From Nemertoderma westbladi (lineage: Eukaryota > Animalia > Xenacoelomorpha): a DNA stretch of 52,258 nucleotides. The stretch is taken from positions 1-52,258 of the forward strand of contig JAUCBJ010007065.1 of the NCBI GenBank assembly GCA_032718475.1, written 5' to 3'. This document shows, piece after piece, positions 23,913 to 35,580 of the stretch. The notes beneath the pieces were generated by a model. It worked only from the letters and a program-made list of their open reading frames with translations, did not search any database and was not told where the DNA came from. The number at the start of each line of letters is the position of its first letter. Within the stretch, counting starts at the first letter, position 1. Position numbers and translations under genes: made by a program.

Positions 23913-25048
23913 TGTAAAAGCTTTTGCGTCATTAACCGGTTATTTTCCCTTAAAGTACTCTGTAGTTGGTTTGCCAGGCATAAAAAGGCCGTGTCCTTGC
24001 TGTACTGGTGTTTTAGAGGACATAAAAGTCATTTCTTCTGTATTTGTACTGTATTTGTACTTTAGAGGACATAATCCGCAATCTCGTGACGCGATAAGCT
24101 AGATACTCTTGAAAACAGTGTCGCTACCATGACGACGGCTAGCAGCTGATATTGCCACGTCGACGTTTCTTTGTTTCTTTGTTCTCTCGTTGTTCGGTTG
24201 ACCAATCAGAGCTCAGTAGTTCAGTGTTATGTTTTTGCCCAGAGCCTAAGAACCGGCTTTTGGCACCTCCGTGTTTCAGTCTTTAGTCTTACATTAGTAG
24301 GCTTAATTATAGAACGTATATCTGTTATCTGATTCACTACTTACCTACCGAGTTACCTTATCAATGCAATTTATACCTTAACTTTACTGCTTTTGCTGTT
24401 GATTATTCGTTATATTTGTTGATGAATTATTATATCGGAATACTGATCAATAGCCCGACATCCCAATCTTCTTGATATACTAAAGGTTAGAGAGACCGGT
24501 TACAGATAAACGATTGCGACCTATGTATGTTAAGTGGTTTGAAGTGAATCTAATGCTATTTCATATGCCCAACATAAATTGTCTGTTGCTCTCTTTATAC
24601 GTGACCAAATTTAGTGAAGGTCGGCAGATTAGTGTGCAGTATTGTGCAGCATTGGGTATGAGTGTAACTGATAACAAAGCATCTCCTAAAGAATGCGCCA
24701 TATACGTAAATCTATAGCCTTTTCGTTGTGTCTAGTTTAAGCCATAACTCTGTTTACATATTTAGAGCGCCACGTCCTAAAGGAACTGTTAATATTTCCC
24801 GAAAGTGAATAATATTTGTCAGAGATTATATATTACGATCAGTCGAATAATACAGTAGGCTTACACCATCAATCATTAAGCTCCGAACTCAGTCTCCCGG
24901 GTATATCCAACGGGTGAATGATTGCGCATAGACTGGCTTCGGCTAATGTAGTGTATCAAATACTCGTCATAGGCTAAAGACTATCTATCATCCAAAAGAC
25001 ATTCTAATTTTGGCAGGTTAAACTGTCAAAGGTCTGAAAGCGCAAACA
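23913..25048 (+). repeat. 3' LTR of A3 (1136 bp)
   Basis: Direct repeat of 13400-14570, followed by TSD AGATT. Confidence 0.96.
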
Positions 25049-25771
25049 AGATTCACTTCAAACCACTTTAACATAAGTCACAATCGTTATATGTAACCTT
25101 TCTCTCTTACCTTCGGTATATCAAGAATATTGGGTTTCGGGGTTATTTATCGTTATTCCAAATATAATAATTCATCAACCATATTATGAAGGACCGACAG
25201 TAAATAGCAGTATAACAATATAATAGTATGCACAGTGTTACACAGTATGCAGTGTCAGGTTTGGTTTGAGACAATCAGGTTTGTTATGATTTGCAGATAA
25301 CGGATATATGTCCTTATAATTAAGCCTACTAGTGTTAGGCTAAAACAGAAAAGCACAAAATATTCCCAAGCCGCTCTCTCCTGGCTCAGGACAGAATGTA
25401 AACACTGCACATAAAGCATTGCGTGATTTCTAGGTAATTTCTGTACAAGAGCCATAAAAATGCTCTGATTGGCTGACTGAACTGAGAGACGCCGTAGAAC
25501 AAAGAAAATCAACACGTATGAATATCAGCTGTTAACCGTAGTCATAGTAACTACTGTTCAAGAGTAGCTATCACCTTTTGCGTCACGGAATTGCCATAGA
25601 ATCATCAACTATGCCTTTTACAGTACACATACGGAGGAAATAGGTCTTAGATCCTCTAAAAAACACCGATACAGCAATAATACAGTCTCTTACACCTATT
25701 AAATCAACTACAGAGTATTTTAATGTAAAAGATAATAAAAATAACGGGGCAATTCAGCAAAGGCTTTTACA
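25049..25771 (-). repeat. A2 5' LTR, upstream (U3-side) part
   Basis: Matches A1 LTR 7881-8597; terminus ..CTTTTACA at 25771. Confidence 0.9.
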
Positions 25772-26414
25772 AACAGCCTTTGGAATATTTTTAAATTATT
25801 GTTATATTAGAAATTAGTTTCAATGTTCCTTAAATCAGAATCAAGGCCAAAGACCTCCATTGACGTAGCAGCGCGATGGCTGCCGTTGCATTGCATTTGC
25901 TTATACAGTAATTGTGTAAATTCGACAAGCTTCCTTCCTGCCCCTGTCTCTAAGTATACTAATAAATGTAAATAAAGAAATAAAAAAATCCAAGCCCTAG
26001 CGCCAGCGCACCCCCTAAAATACCTTCTAAAAATTTACGTAATTTAATTTTAATACACTGATAAGGTAATTTTATTGAAAACCTAATTTGTTTTAAAGTA
26101 AACTATGTTATGTACATTAGTTACGTATTTTTTAATTCAGTTTAACGTATTGTAATTATAATTTTGTAAATATTAAAAATCAAATTGGGTTAGTAATACT
26201 TATTAAATTATTAATTTTAATTTAAAAATTATTAATTGAATTTAATTAATTTCAAATTAATGGAGGGTTTTAACCATCCGGCCGACAAACCACACTTTTG
26301 CTCACAGGTCGTTGTAAGACAAGGCATCAATATAACCCCAGTGATCCCACACCCTCTCTTGTTATGGACTATTGCTACTGTATATCATTGTACAAGCTGC
26401 GGACCTGCACGCAC

Positions 26415-27500
26415 ACCCCCCCCCCCCCCCCCCCCCCATTATAATGTATTGTAGCCATCCACCCAACCCATTGCGTAACTCAGAATTAAACTCCACACAG
26501 CACAGCCCATACCATTGCTTTCATAACGCCACATCGCCAAGTGGAGATTCAATTGTGGCTGTTATTTTCTGATAATCGCTGTGAATTATTATAATCATAA
26601 GATTGACAACACAGTGTTGTGGTAGTGTACCAGTACCAGACCGAGTCTTGTAATACGCCCCACTAACAACTCAGGGCTACGTTCTGAAATACAGCCTCTG
26701 GAATATTATTAAATTATTCACTAGAAAGCCAGTATCAATATAAGTCTGCCCGACAGCGGTTGTGATTATAGCTTACTGATTTTTTCGTGGAATATTGGAT
26801 TGAACGAAGACAGATAATAACTATCAAATTCAGTGCGGGGTGGGGGCACTAATGACTCGCGGGCACTAACGTAGGTGTGCACAGTAAGAAGTCCTAACGT
26901 CTTTCTAATAAAGTTCCTTACATTTCCTTAGGTATTATTCACTTACGCAAAACGATCAAGCCTTTCTAAAATCATAGCGGAATGATGGTTAAATGAAATA
27001 AAATTTTGAGAAGATGAATATTATATATGAATATAATTATTATAATGTATGATCGATATATAATATATTTATAACATTATACCCCCCCCCCAAAGTAATA
27101 ATACACAATACAAATAACCTAATTAGACCACCCCACCCCCCCCCCCCCCCCCTTCTATCAAACAATTAAATCGTAGGTCATAGTAGGACTTTCAATCCAA
27201 TGTGGGGTGCGGGCACTAATGACTCGTATTATTTACTTCCGCAAAAAGATCAAGCCCTTCTAAAATAATAGCGGTGCTCATAGTATGCTTTCACATGGCC
27301 TCCCCCTCGGCACGCTTAGTTGCCCCCCCCCCCCCCCCCCCCATTATAATGTATTGTAGCCATCCACCCAACACATTGCGTAACTCAGAATTAAACTCCA
27401 CACAGCCACTACCCGCCCTTGCTTTCATTACAACCACATCGCCAAGTGGAGATTCAATTGCGGCTGTTATTTTCTGATAATCGCTGTAAATTATTATAAC
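26415..27500. repeat. Local duplication: poly-C plus ~165-bp segment (26415-26595 and 27323-27500), with shorter duplicated pieces between
   Basis: C-run followed by ATTATAATGTATTGTAGCCATCCACCCAAC..GATAATCGCTGT twice; GGGCACTAATGACTCG and GATCAAGCC.TTCTAAAAT also occur twice. Confidence 0.8.
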
Positions 27501-27608
27501 CTAGGCGGTCCGGTTTAAGTAACGGCTATAGCGTACAAACCTTATGGTATGATATGGACGTGGTGTCCTGTGTGCTCTGCAGACATCCTACAGAGCACAT
27601 GGAGCATT

Positions 27609-27648
<40 letters not shown>
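27609..27648. repeat. Compound (AC)n(AG)n microsatellite
   Basis: Direct reading. Confidence 0.95.
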
Positions 27649-28084
27649 TGAGGGCTGCTTGATTGACACACGGCTCAGTGGGAATCTAGACTTTGAAGTG
27701 CAGCGCCTTTGGTAGAACTCAATGGCAGGATTTATAAGCCTGGTTCATTTCAATATTTGATCAAAGTTTGATCAATGTTTGATCAAAGGAATGCTTTTTG
27801 AGAGCGGGACTGTAATAACACCCATTGTTAAGTTAACATAGTGCTAATCATATGAAAAGTCGTCAATATAGTTTGTGAGGTGTTGCGAAACGTCAATAAC
27901 AACCGTTGGCTATGGTTACCTGAAATATTCAAAATTTTGGTATTTAGTTAAGTTTTAGTTGAATTTTCAACTATTATTTAACTAAACACCTCAAAATTAG
28001 TTAAAATAATTAGTTAACTTGTCATTTATATAAATTTATTTGGGTTTAGTTAATTTGTCACTACAAACTTCGTTGAACTGCACT

Positions 28085-28306
28085 GAACACAGCAATGTTG
28101 AACACAGCATTGTTGAAAACAGCAATGTTGAACACAGCAATGTTGAACACAGCAATGTTGAACACAGCAATGTTGAACACAGCAATGTTGAACACAGCAA
28201 TGTTGAACACAGCAATGTTTTACACAGCATTGTTGAACACATCATTGTTGAACACAGCAATGTTGAACACAGCATTGTTGAACACAGCAATGTTGAACAC
28301 AGCAAT
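28085..28306. repeat. 15-bp minisatellite (GAACACAGCAATGTT, ~15 units)
   Basis: Head-to-tail units with no spacers. Confidence 0.95.
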
Positions 28307-28644
28307 TATAGAATTATATTCCCTAAATGCCGTGGATTTTCAAAATTTTATTTTATTCGAATTAACTTTGTAAAAGATTACATTGAGTCCTCATTTGTAT
28401 TGCTATTTCTATTTGTACGCCTATTGGTCAATTATTTATTTAATGTAAACAGCGACCTCGAAAACCTTTAAACCATTGAAATTATAATTTTTGAGCCAAG
28501 ATATAAACAAATGTCTAAAATGACCCCCCTCTGCCCCTCACCCCCCCCCCCCCCTGGGCCAATTGAGTAGTAAAATAGACCGGACCAGATAGGGTTAATT
28601 TATTTGGTCATATATGGCCATTGGTTTATTCTACACTGAAGATA

Positions 28645-28796
28645 ATCGCATGCTAGACACGTGCGATACGCATGGGTACTTCGCATGATATCCGCATGCG
28701 TATCGCTTCTAAAGGTCCCGACACTTTCCCATGCGATTCGCATGCGAATTAGATGCGTGACCCACATGCGATACGCATGAACATTTTTGACTGGGG
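28645..28796. repeat. CGCATGCG-rich palindromic repeat, possibly one end of a non-autonomous DNA transposon
   Basis: Repeated GCGATACGCATG / CATGCGTATCGC in both orientations, ending TTTTTGACTGGG; no second terminus found. Confidence 0.4.
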
Positions 28797-29010
28797 TTTC
28801 AATGGAAGTAGTTAAAATAATGTCATATTTAAAAATGAAAACCATACTTTTTTATCTACTTATAAAATAAATCATTTCAGCAATATGTCTAATGTTTTCA
28901 CATTTTTTTCTTTTTTTCTTCCCTTTTCCCTCTTTTCCCCTTTCTGTTTTTCCTTGTTTTCCTGCTGGTTTTCTTTTTTTTTTTCCCCCCTCCCAGCAGT
29001 CTGTTTCACC

Positions 29011-29085
29011 CCAAGCCTAGCTCAGTCGGTTAAGCGTTATTATGCGAAATTATGTGTAGTAGGTATCGAGTTCAAATCCTAGTAA
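29011..29085 (+). pseudogene. tRNA-derived sequence with Pol III A and B boxes
   Basis: TAGCTCAGTCGGTTAAGCG (29018-29036) and GAGTTCAAATCC (29068-29079) at tRNA-like spacing; T and acceptor stems do not pair. Confidence 0.55.
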
Positions 29086-29168
29086 GTGTGAATTATTTTT
29101 TGTGCTAAGTTTCAACTCATTTAAATTAACCGCTACGAATTAAATTGCATTTGCTCAAGGTAGATTAA

Positions 29169-29315
29169 CCAATAAGATTGCAGTTATTAGATAGTAACCA
29201 ATGTCGTGCAAGTTATATGTTCGCTGGACCAATGGTTATCTTTAAAAACCTATTAGAACTCATAGAACAATCTAGATTTATCTCGATTGATTGCAGCACA
29301 AATTTGCTATAAAAA
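29169..29315 (+). promoter_or_regulatory. Pol II promoter of element B: three CCAAT boxes plus TATA
   Basis: CCAAT at 29169, 29198 and 29229 (~30 bp apart); TATAAAAA at 29308. Confidence 0.6.
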
Positions 29316-32300
29316 GGTGCGATTTGTTCATTAGTTATCTTCTTACACATTCACTTCAGTTAGTTATTTCTATCCTCATTTACTTGTTACATTTATTGTA
29401 TAATAGTTATTGTTTAATTCTGTAATAAAGTTAGAAAATACTTGTTACATCTGTTTTTTACTATGCTTCACCACGGTGAACCCAACTGAGGGACAGATGG
29501 CTGGCTAAGCATCGGACCGCGGCAGTAGACGAGAACATCGGAGGAATGTAGAAGGAGACGACCCGCAATACTCATTCTTAGTTATTCGCCCATCGCCTGA
29601 AAGGTTAGACAGCGTTCGATGCCTTGCTACCTAAGTGTAGTAAGACCTAAGATCAAAGGTAGAGGTATTGACACGCTGTGCGCTAAAAAATTACATCTAG
29701 GGACTGTACTGTCTTAATTCAGAGAAAACCCGCAGTGGACCTTCACATTCCTACGGGGGGAGATCAGGCAGAAAGATACTAGTACACATATAGGACGCAG
29801 GCACACCAGTACAAGGCATACACATTGGTAGGGTGCAGCAAACTGTACGCCTAACTCTTGCTAAGTATAGGTGCGTCGGTGGCTTGTTTGTAGTACAACG
29901 GTGTCCATTTGCATTAGAACTTGTAGGCCAGGAAGGGTTACTGTGTTTTACCTGAATTGAGATTGTACCGTTCAGGCGGTAGGGCAGTTTATTACTAGGT
30001 GCAAATAAATTGAGGCTATTAGGGATACTAACATCTACCGTGTCCCCGCCGACATTCTGATAGGAAGTTGCCGTGCCCACCTAGGCAACCAAAATTCTAG
30101 ATAAGAACGCCAGGCTAGCTATTTGTAAATGTACGCCTACTGTAGTAAATTAACACATTTCTTCTTAGTATTAGGGACCTGGTAAATAAAATTGCCGAAT
30201 TCTGGGCGTAGTATTAACCTTATGTCTGAATTTGAGTCCTGGAAATACACAAAAGGGGAAGGAGCCTTATCATTCGTGAGTATTGGACCTACAAGCTATA
30301 AAATTAGAATATTTGTAAAATGCACACCGGACCCAGTAATTATATATGTGAAGGATCTAAAACTTAGTTTGACTGTTAGAATCAAGACACACGCGCATTA
30401 GAAATTATTTACACCTCAAAATATATAAAATAATTTTTGTCCGTACTGCACTTTGCCCGCTAGTTAGACATTTCTGCACCTAGCTAGCGTCTCTCTTGCC
30501 CACCCATATAAATCACACCGCGGCAAAGTATACGAGCGTCCTTAGTCCGTCAGTGAGTCAGCCTGATTTTAGGATTCGCTGCGCGGGATTTTGTTTTATC
30601 GAAGTTTGTCCGTTCGTAGACTGTTTTCTGCCTCACCGGTTATAAGAGACTAATACTGCAATAGTTTTGCTTACTTAGAGTTTACTGTTTTGGTGAGAAG
30701 GTCGGATTTATGATTTGATTCACAGACTTTACAGTAGGATATTGCAGGTATTAGGTACGTCTCTTCCAACAGTAGGAATGTGTTTTACTGAACTATGGTT
30801 CAGTAGGACTAAAATTATTTGAAAATTTTGTATTTTGAGGTAAAAATTTGTATTTGATTAGCTAAGTGCTAATTTTTTTTTAAATAAAATTTTGATTTGA
30901 ACCGCGTGTAAAATATTTGGAATTGAATACCGGTGTTTAAAAAAGGGTTTAAATACCATATTGTACCGGTACAAAAAATTTTCGTAAAAGTAAAACCTAA
31001 CTCTTTGTTTTTCAGGATTCAGAGCTCATTTCTAGACTGTAACGAGAGCAAGACCGTGTTTAGCAAGTTTGGGAGATAGATAACTCAACAACTTTGGTTG
31101 GGAAAATCGCACTTCGTCTGCAACGCTGGAAACGGAAAGGTTCACGTCCGGTTTGTATCTGGGAATCTGTTTTTCTGGAGAATTATTGGAGGGGGTGAGT
31201 TTGAAAAGTTGCATAAATCAGTTAGGCATTACCGTATTAGTTAAAATTATTGTGGGTTCCACTGTCTCAAGTATTTATGCATTCCGTACGATTTCTTTAT
31301 TTATTGCTGAATTAGTCCGTATTATTTGTGTTTGATTTATTTTTGATAACGTATATCGTTATCCGATTTATTTGTTATAAAATTGGCCGCCAGGCTAATT
31401 TTATTATATACTTACTCCGTGACATTTATTTGCTGTAAAATTGGCCGCTAGGCTAATTTTATCCATCTGCTATAAAATCGGCCGGTAGGCTAATTTTATA
31501 TGACTGTAATTAATACCGTTTAGATATAAATACGGTAAGTTTGATACTTTGACACTCACTTTACTTGACTTACAACTACCGAAATGAGTGACAAACAAGA
31601 CTATACGAAGAATACACCTACCGACTATGACTCATGTGACACGGATAAGTCAGTAGCGGAAGAACCACAGGGGAAGACTCGTGAGCCTACCGAACCTACA
31701 CCGTGCGCGTCACCAGTACATCCAACAGGAGTACCGGATGCCGTAGTACGAGGCGACGGCAGGACTAAGGATTTTCTAACGGTCCCGCAACCTAGACATA
31801 GGGAAACGGACATGGTAAGTTCAGTAGGAAGCCAGGAGAGTGTTGTTAGAAGCGTCGGAGGATACATGGCGCATATTACCAGGAGCATTGGAGAAGGCCA
31901 ACGCATATTAGACGAGTTGACCGCTCCGATGTCTCGGTTCGAGTTTTACACCCTACAGATTAGAGTACAGAGTAAAGTACATAAGTCCGTAGATAACCTA
32001 ATCGGTCTACAAGATCTAGCTAAACAGAGACAGGATATGGACACACAGTTCAGAATCCTCAAGAAATTAATGATCGCTAGGGAGAAACTGATTCAGTTTA
32101 AGACGACCGTTAGACAGATACAACAGGAACAAGCGGACCAGTTGCTAGGTGAGTCAGTTTCCGACGAGTTATTACAGCCTGAGGAAGAACAGGAACTGTA
32201 CCGACTGGATGGACAATTGAAACATCTGACAGATTACTTACGTATGTGCGGCGAAGACGTCGGCGATTTGGAAACCGTGCCGGAATATACGAGGGAAACT

Positions 32301-33171
32301 TCACCCGCACAAATCGAACTGGCACCGGGAATATTGGATCAATCATTGGTGAGTATTCGCAGCGAAATTGGCGAGGTAAGTATAGTGACGTCAGAAATTG
32401 CTCGGCAGCAACAACAGTACTACAGACAACAACGAGAAATTGAGGAACAAACTCAACTGCTGACGGTACAAGCGGCAGTAGAGGAAGAGAAACTACGCGT
32501 CGCAAATTTTGCGAGAATCTCTCATCTACAAGAAGCAGCCGAATTAGAAGCAGCTGAGATGGAAAGGTTGGAGCTAGAAATAGCACAACGAACAGCGGCA
32601 GCTGAGTTAGCGCAACGAGCAGCAACAGCTGAGTTAGAACGACAAGCTGAGTTAGTGCGACGGACGGCTGAGTTGGAGCAACAAGCGGCGACAGCCGAAT
32701 TGGACGAACAAAGGCGAGTTTCGGAAGCGAGAGCCGAGTTGAAAAAACAACAGATAAAGGCTCAATCAGCTATATGACTAGCGGAGTTCGAGGCACAACA
32801 ACAACAGACGGAACAATGCGAGAAAGAAGTTAAACTTCATTTCGAACTCGAAAGGAAGGCGAGGGAATTAGCCAACGCCAAGGAAGATCTGCAGTAGTAG
32901 TGGTATATCTCCTATACATGATGCGACGGAACACAGGTATGTTATTCCGGACAAGTTTGTACCGCCAAGAGCAACGTCATCGCCTATTCCGAAAGTCAAG
33001 GTAAGTAACCCGCCGATTACAGATCGTAGTAGTTTATTAGTCGGACCTACATTAATGACGACTAAACAGGTGAGTCAACCGTCGACACCAAAACCGGTCA
33101 CGCACAACGTAAACCCAACTGTGTTTAGACCTACGAGAACTTTGGACTCAAACGCCATTAAACGACCACGG

Positions 33172-33495
33172 ATTCAGTTTACATCGCAATCTACAACTTC
33201 GAGGAAGACTTGTGAGCCTACCGAGCAATGGAGACCAGTAGACACGCGACCGTTTAATCAGTTTACATCGTAATCTACAACTTCGAGGAAGACTTGTGAG
33301 CCTACCGAGCAACGGAGACCAGTAGACACGCGACCGTTTAATCAGTTTACATCGCAATCTACAACTTCGAGGAAGACTTGTGAGCCTACTGAACAACGGA
33401 GACCAGTGGATACGCGACCGTTTAATCAGTTTACATCGCAATCTACGACTTCGAGGAAGACTTGTGAGCCTACCGAACAGCGGAGACTAGTGGAC
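33172..33495 (+). repeat. 84-bp tandem repeat (~4 units) in element B gag
   Basis: GGAAGACTTGTGAGCCTA at 33203, 33287, 33371 and 33455; unit encodes QFTSQSTTSRKTCEPTEQRRPVDTRPFN. Confidence 0.92.
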
Positions 33496-35580
33496 GATGT
33501 TTCGAAACGGAATGTTAGAATTCGTACAACCCAACGGACGCGAGCACGTCGGCCACCGTATCCAGGTGATAGTAGTACTTCGAGCGAATCGGATTACCCG
33601 GAACGCGAGGTGTTTAGAACAGGAGCAGCCGATGAATGCAAACGCGAGCGTTCAACTAATTCCTTTATAGACAATCCTCCACAAAATACACCAACACAGA
33701 AAGCGTTACAACCAACGGACGCGATCAGTACACAACAATTCGCCGACATTCTGCGACCAGTTGTTAACAAGTTGGCCCAGATCGAGGAACGCTTAGAGGA
33801 AGTTCAAACTGATAGTTCGAGAAATATGGAATTCGAACACGTTAGAAACCCGAAGGATCCGCCAAGGGCGATACCTTCAAGGAATACTTCGTACCAAAGA
33901 AAAGCGCCAAGACGGGAGAATATCAACTTGATTGCCACCCAAGGATGCGAAACTTTGAATGTCGCTGAAGAGATTGCTAAATTCGCAGCCAGACAAGGAT
34001 TACCGGCGCAGCAACCACCTAAGTTTTCCGGTAACTCCAAACATTGGCATACATTCGTAGACTACATCGAATCTCAAATTGCGGCGTGCGCTTTTACATC
34101 AAGGGAAAAGTTCAACTACCTGCTTCAAACCTTGACGGGAGAACCCGAACGTTTAGCAGAGACTTTCGTTGGTGTACCAGATGCCTTCGAGTTAGCATAC
34201 GATCGCTTAACTTCAATCTACGGAGGTACGGTAAGCATGGCCAAGTCAGTAATAGAGGAACTCTGTAAGGGGGGGGCTATTACTAAACCCGTCGACTTAC
34301 TAAAACTGGCTGATGAAATTAAGAACGCTATCACTACATTACGATCTATTGGACAACTCGATTACGGAAACACCCCTACAGTCCTATTAAAAATCATAGG
34401 GAGACTACACCATCGACTTCGTCGGGAGTGGAGGAAAATAGAATATCAGCGAGAAGAAAGGGGTGGATTTTTGAAACTGGAGGATGTGTACCTATTAATA
34501 TCTAAGGAAGCAGTGGTGGAGACTCGATCCAACTACACCGACCAACACATTGTAGCAGAAGGAATCACCTTACCATCATCAAACCGACCAAAACCCCAGA
34601 CAACATCCACCAGGACGGCTACCTACGTCACACCGACAGAAACCCGACAATTTTCGGACGGTAGTAAAGTATCCGCACCTATTGGGATCAAACAGACCAG
34701 ACAGCAACTGAGTGCCGACTTTAGCGGTTGCCAATACTGCGAGCACTTAGGTAAGCGGCATACTAGCCACAAGTTAAGAGGTTGTCGGCTATTTCGTGAG
34801 TTAAACTCGGAAGAACGACGGCTACAGATACGGCCATTGGATTCTTGTTGGCGGTGTACGCAACACGGACACGTTCGCAAGGATTGCCCAAATACAGACA
34901 CCTGTCCTTCCTGTGGACGCAACCATGACGGTCTGCTCCATACGGATAGTCATACGCCGACAAAACGCTTCACTAGGGAACACCCAGAAGCAGCAGCGAA
35001 ATGCAATACTGCGTACAAGAATTGAGAATCGAGAACAACACCAACTTTCGTGACACATATTCGGGATTGTTTCTCAGAACAATCCGGGTCTTCTGATGAA
35101 GAATCCGAAGACGACGACATATACTCAGATGGAGACGAACAACCATCGATTGCGCTTCTGACGCCTGACCAACTAAAGGGATTTAGCGTAATTCCTGTCA
35201 AGATTACTGGCACAAAAGGGAGCAAACGGATTTACGCTATTTTAGATTCAGCCTCATCTCACAGCTATGTGGACGAGAAGGTAGCTGATGTCGTGACGGA
35301 TCTCCGACAAGGTAAGAACGTCAAATACACTGTAAGTAGTATGCATGGACAACGTGCAATACCAGTGACACGAGTTAAGTTAAACTTAGACACTCTTCTT
35401 CCGAAATCGCAACATAGCGAAAGGGAGAGGTCTTTGTTACCCTTTAAGGATTTAACTTTTGCGGCCACTAAGGACTTTAGTAATCTACTGGGTCCAGTGC
35501 CAGAACAGTCCTTAGAGGACCGTAAGTATTTCAGACACCTTGGTGTACCTGAATGTCCTGTTAACTATTGATCAGTAGCA

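Larger units (their letters stand above)
13400..25048 (+). mobile_element. Family A copy A3, complete (11.65 kb) and recent, with 5-bp TSD AGATT
   Basis: LTRs 13400-14570 and 23913-25048 are nearly identical; AGATT at 13395-13399 and 25049-25053. Confidence 0.96.
8598..25771 (-). mobile_element. Family A copy A2, interrupted by A1 (in gag) and A3 (in its 5' LTR)
   Basis: LTR halves 12894-13399 and 25049-25771 rejoin to match the A1 LTR; leader 10637-12893 and gag N-terminus are collinear with A1. Confidence 0.9.
29002..30771 (+). repeat. Putative 5' LTR of element B (TGTT...CCAACA; alternative end at 29537)
   Basis: TGTT start, CCAAT/TATA, AATAAA at ~29424. The end at 30771 was chosen because it is followed by an 11-nt complement of 29744-29754; there is no second LTR to confirm it. 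Confidence 0.4.

Noticed and set aside
26236-27477. Poly-proline ORFs
   Set aside because: Produced by poly-C runs in a local duplication.
28085-28306. 15-bp array as CRISPR, and ORFs 28036-28305, 28040-28471, 28095-28373 as genes
   Set aside because: No unique spacers and no cas genes; the ORFs are translations of a stop-free minisatellite.
29011-29085. Functional tRNA gene
   Set aside because: Acceptor, anticodon and T stems do not pair; only the promoter boxes remain.
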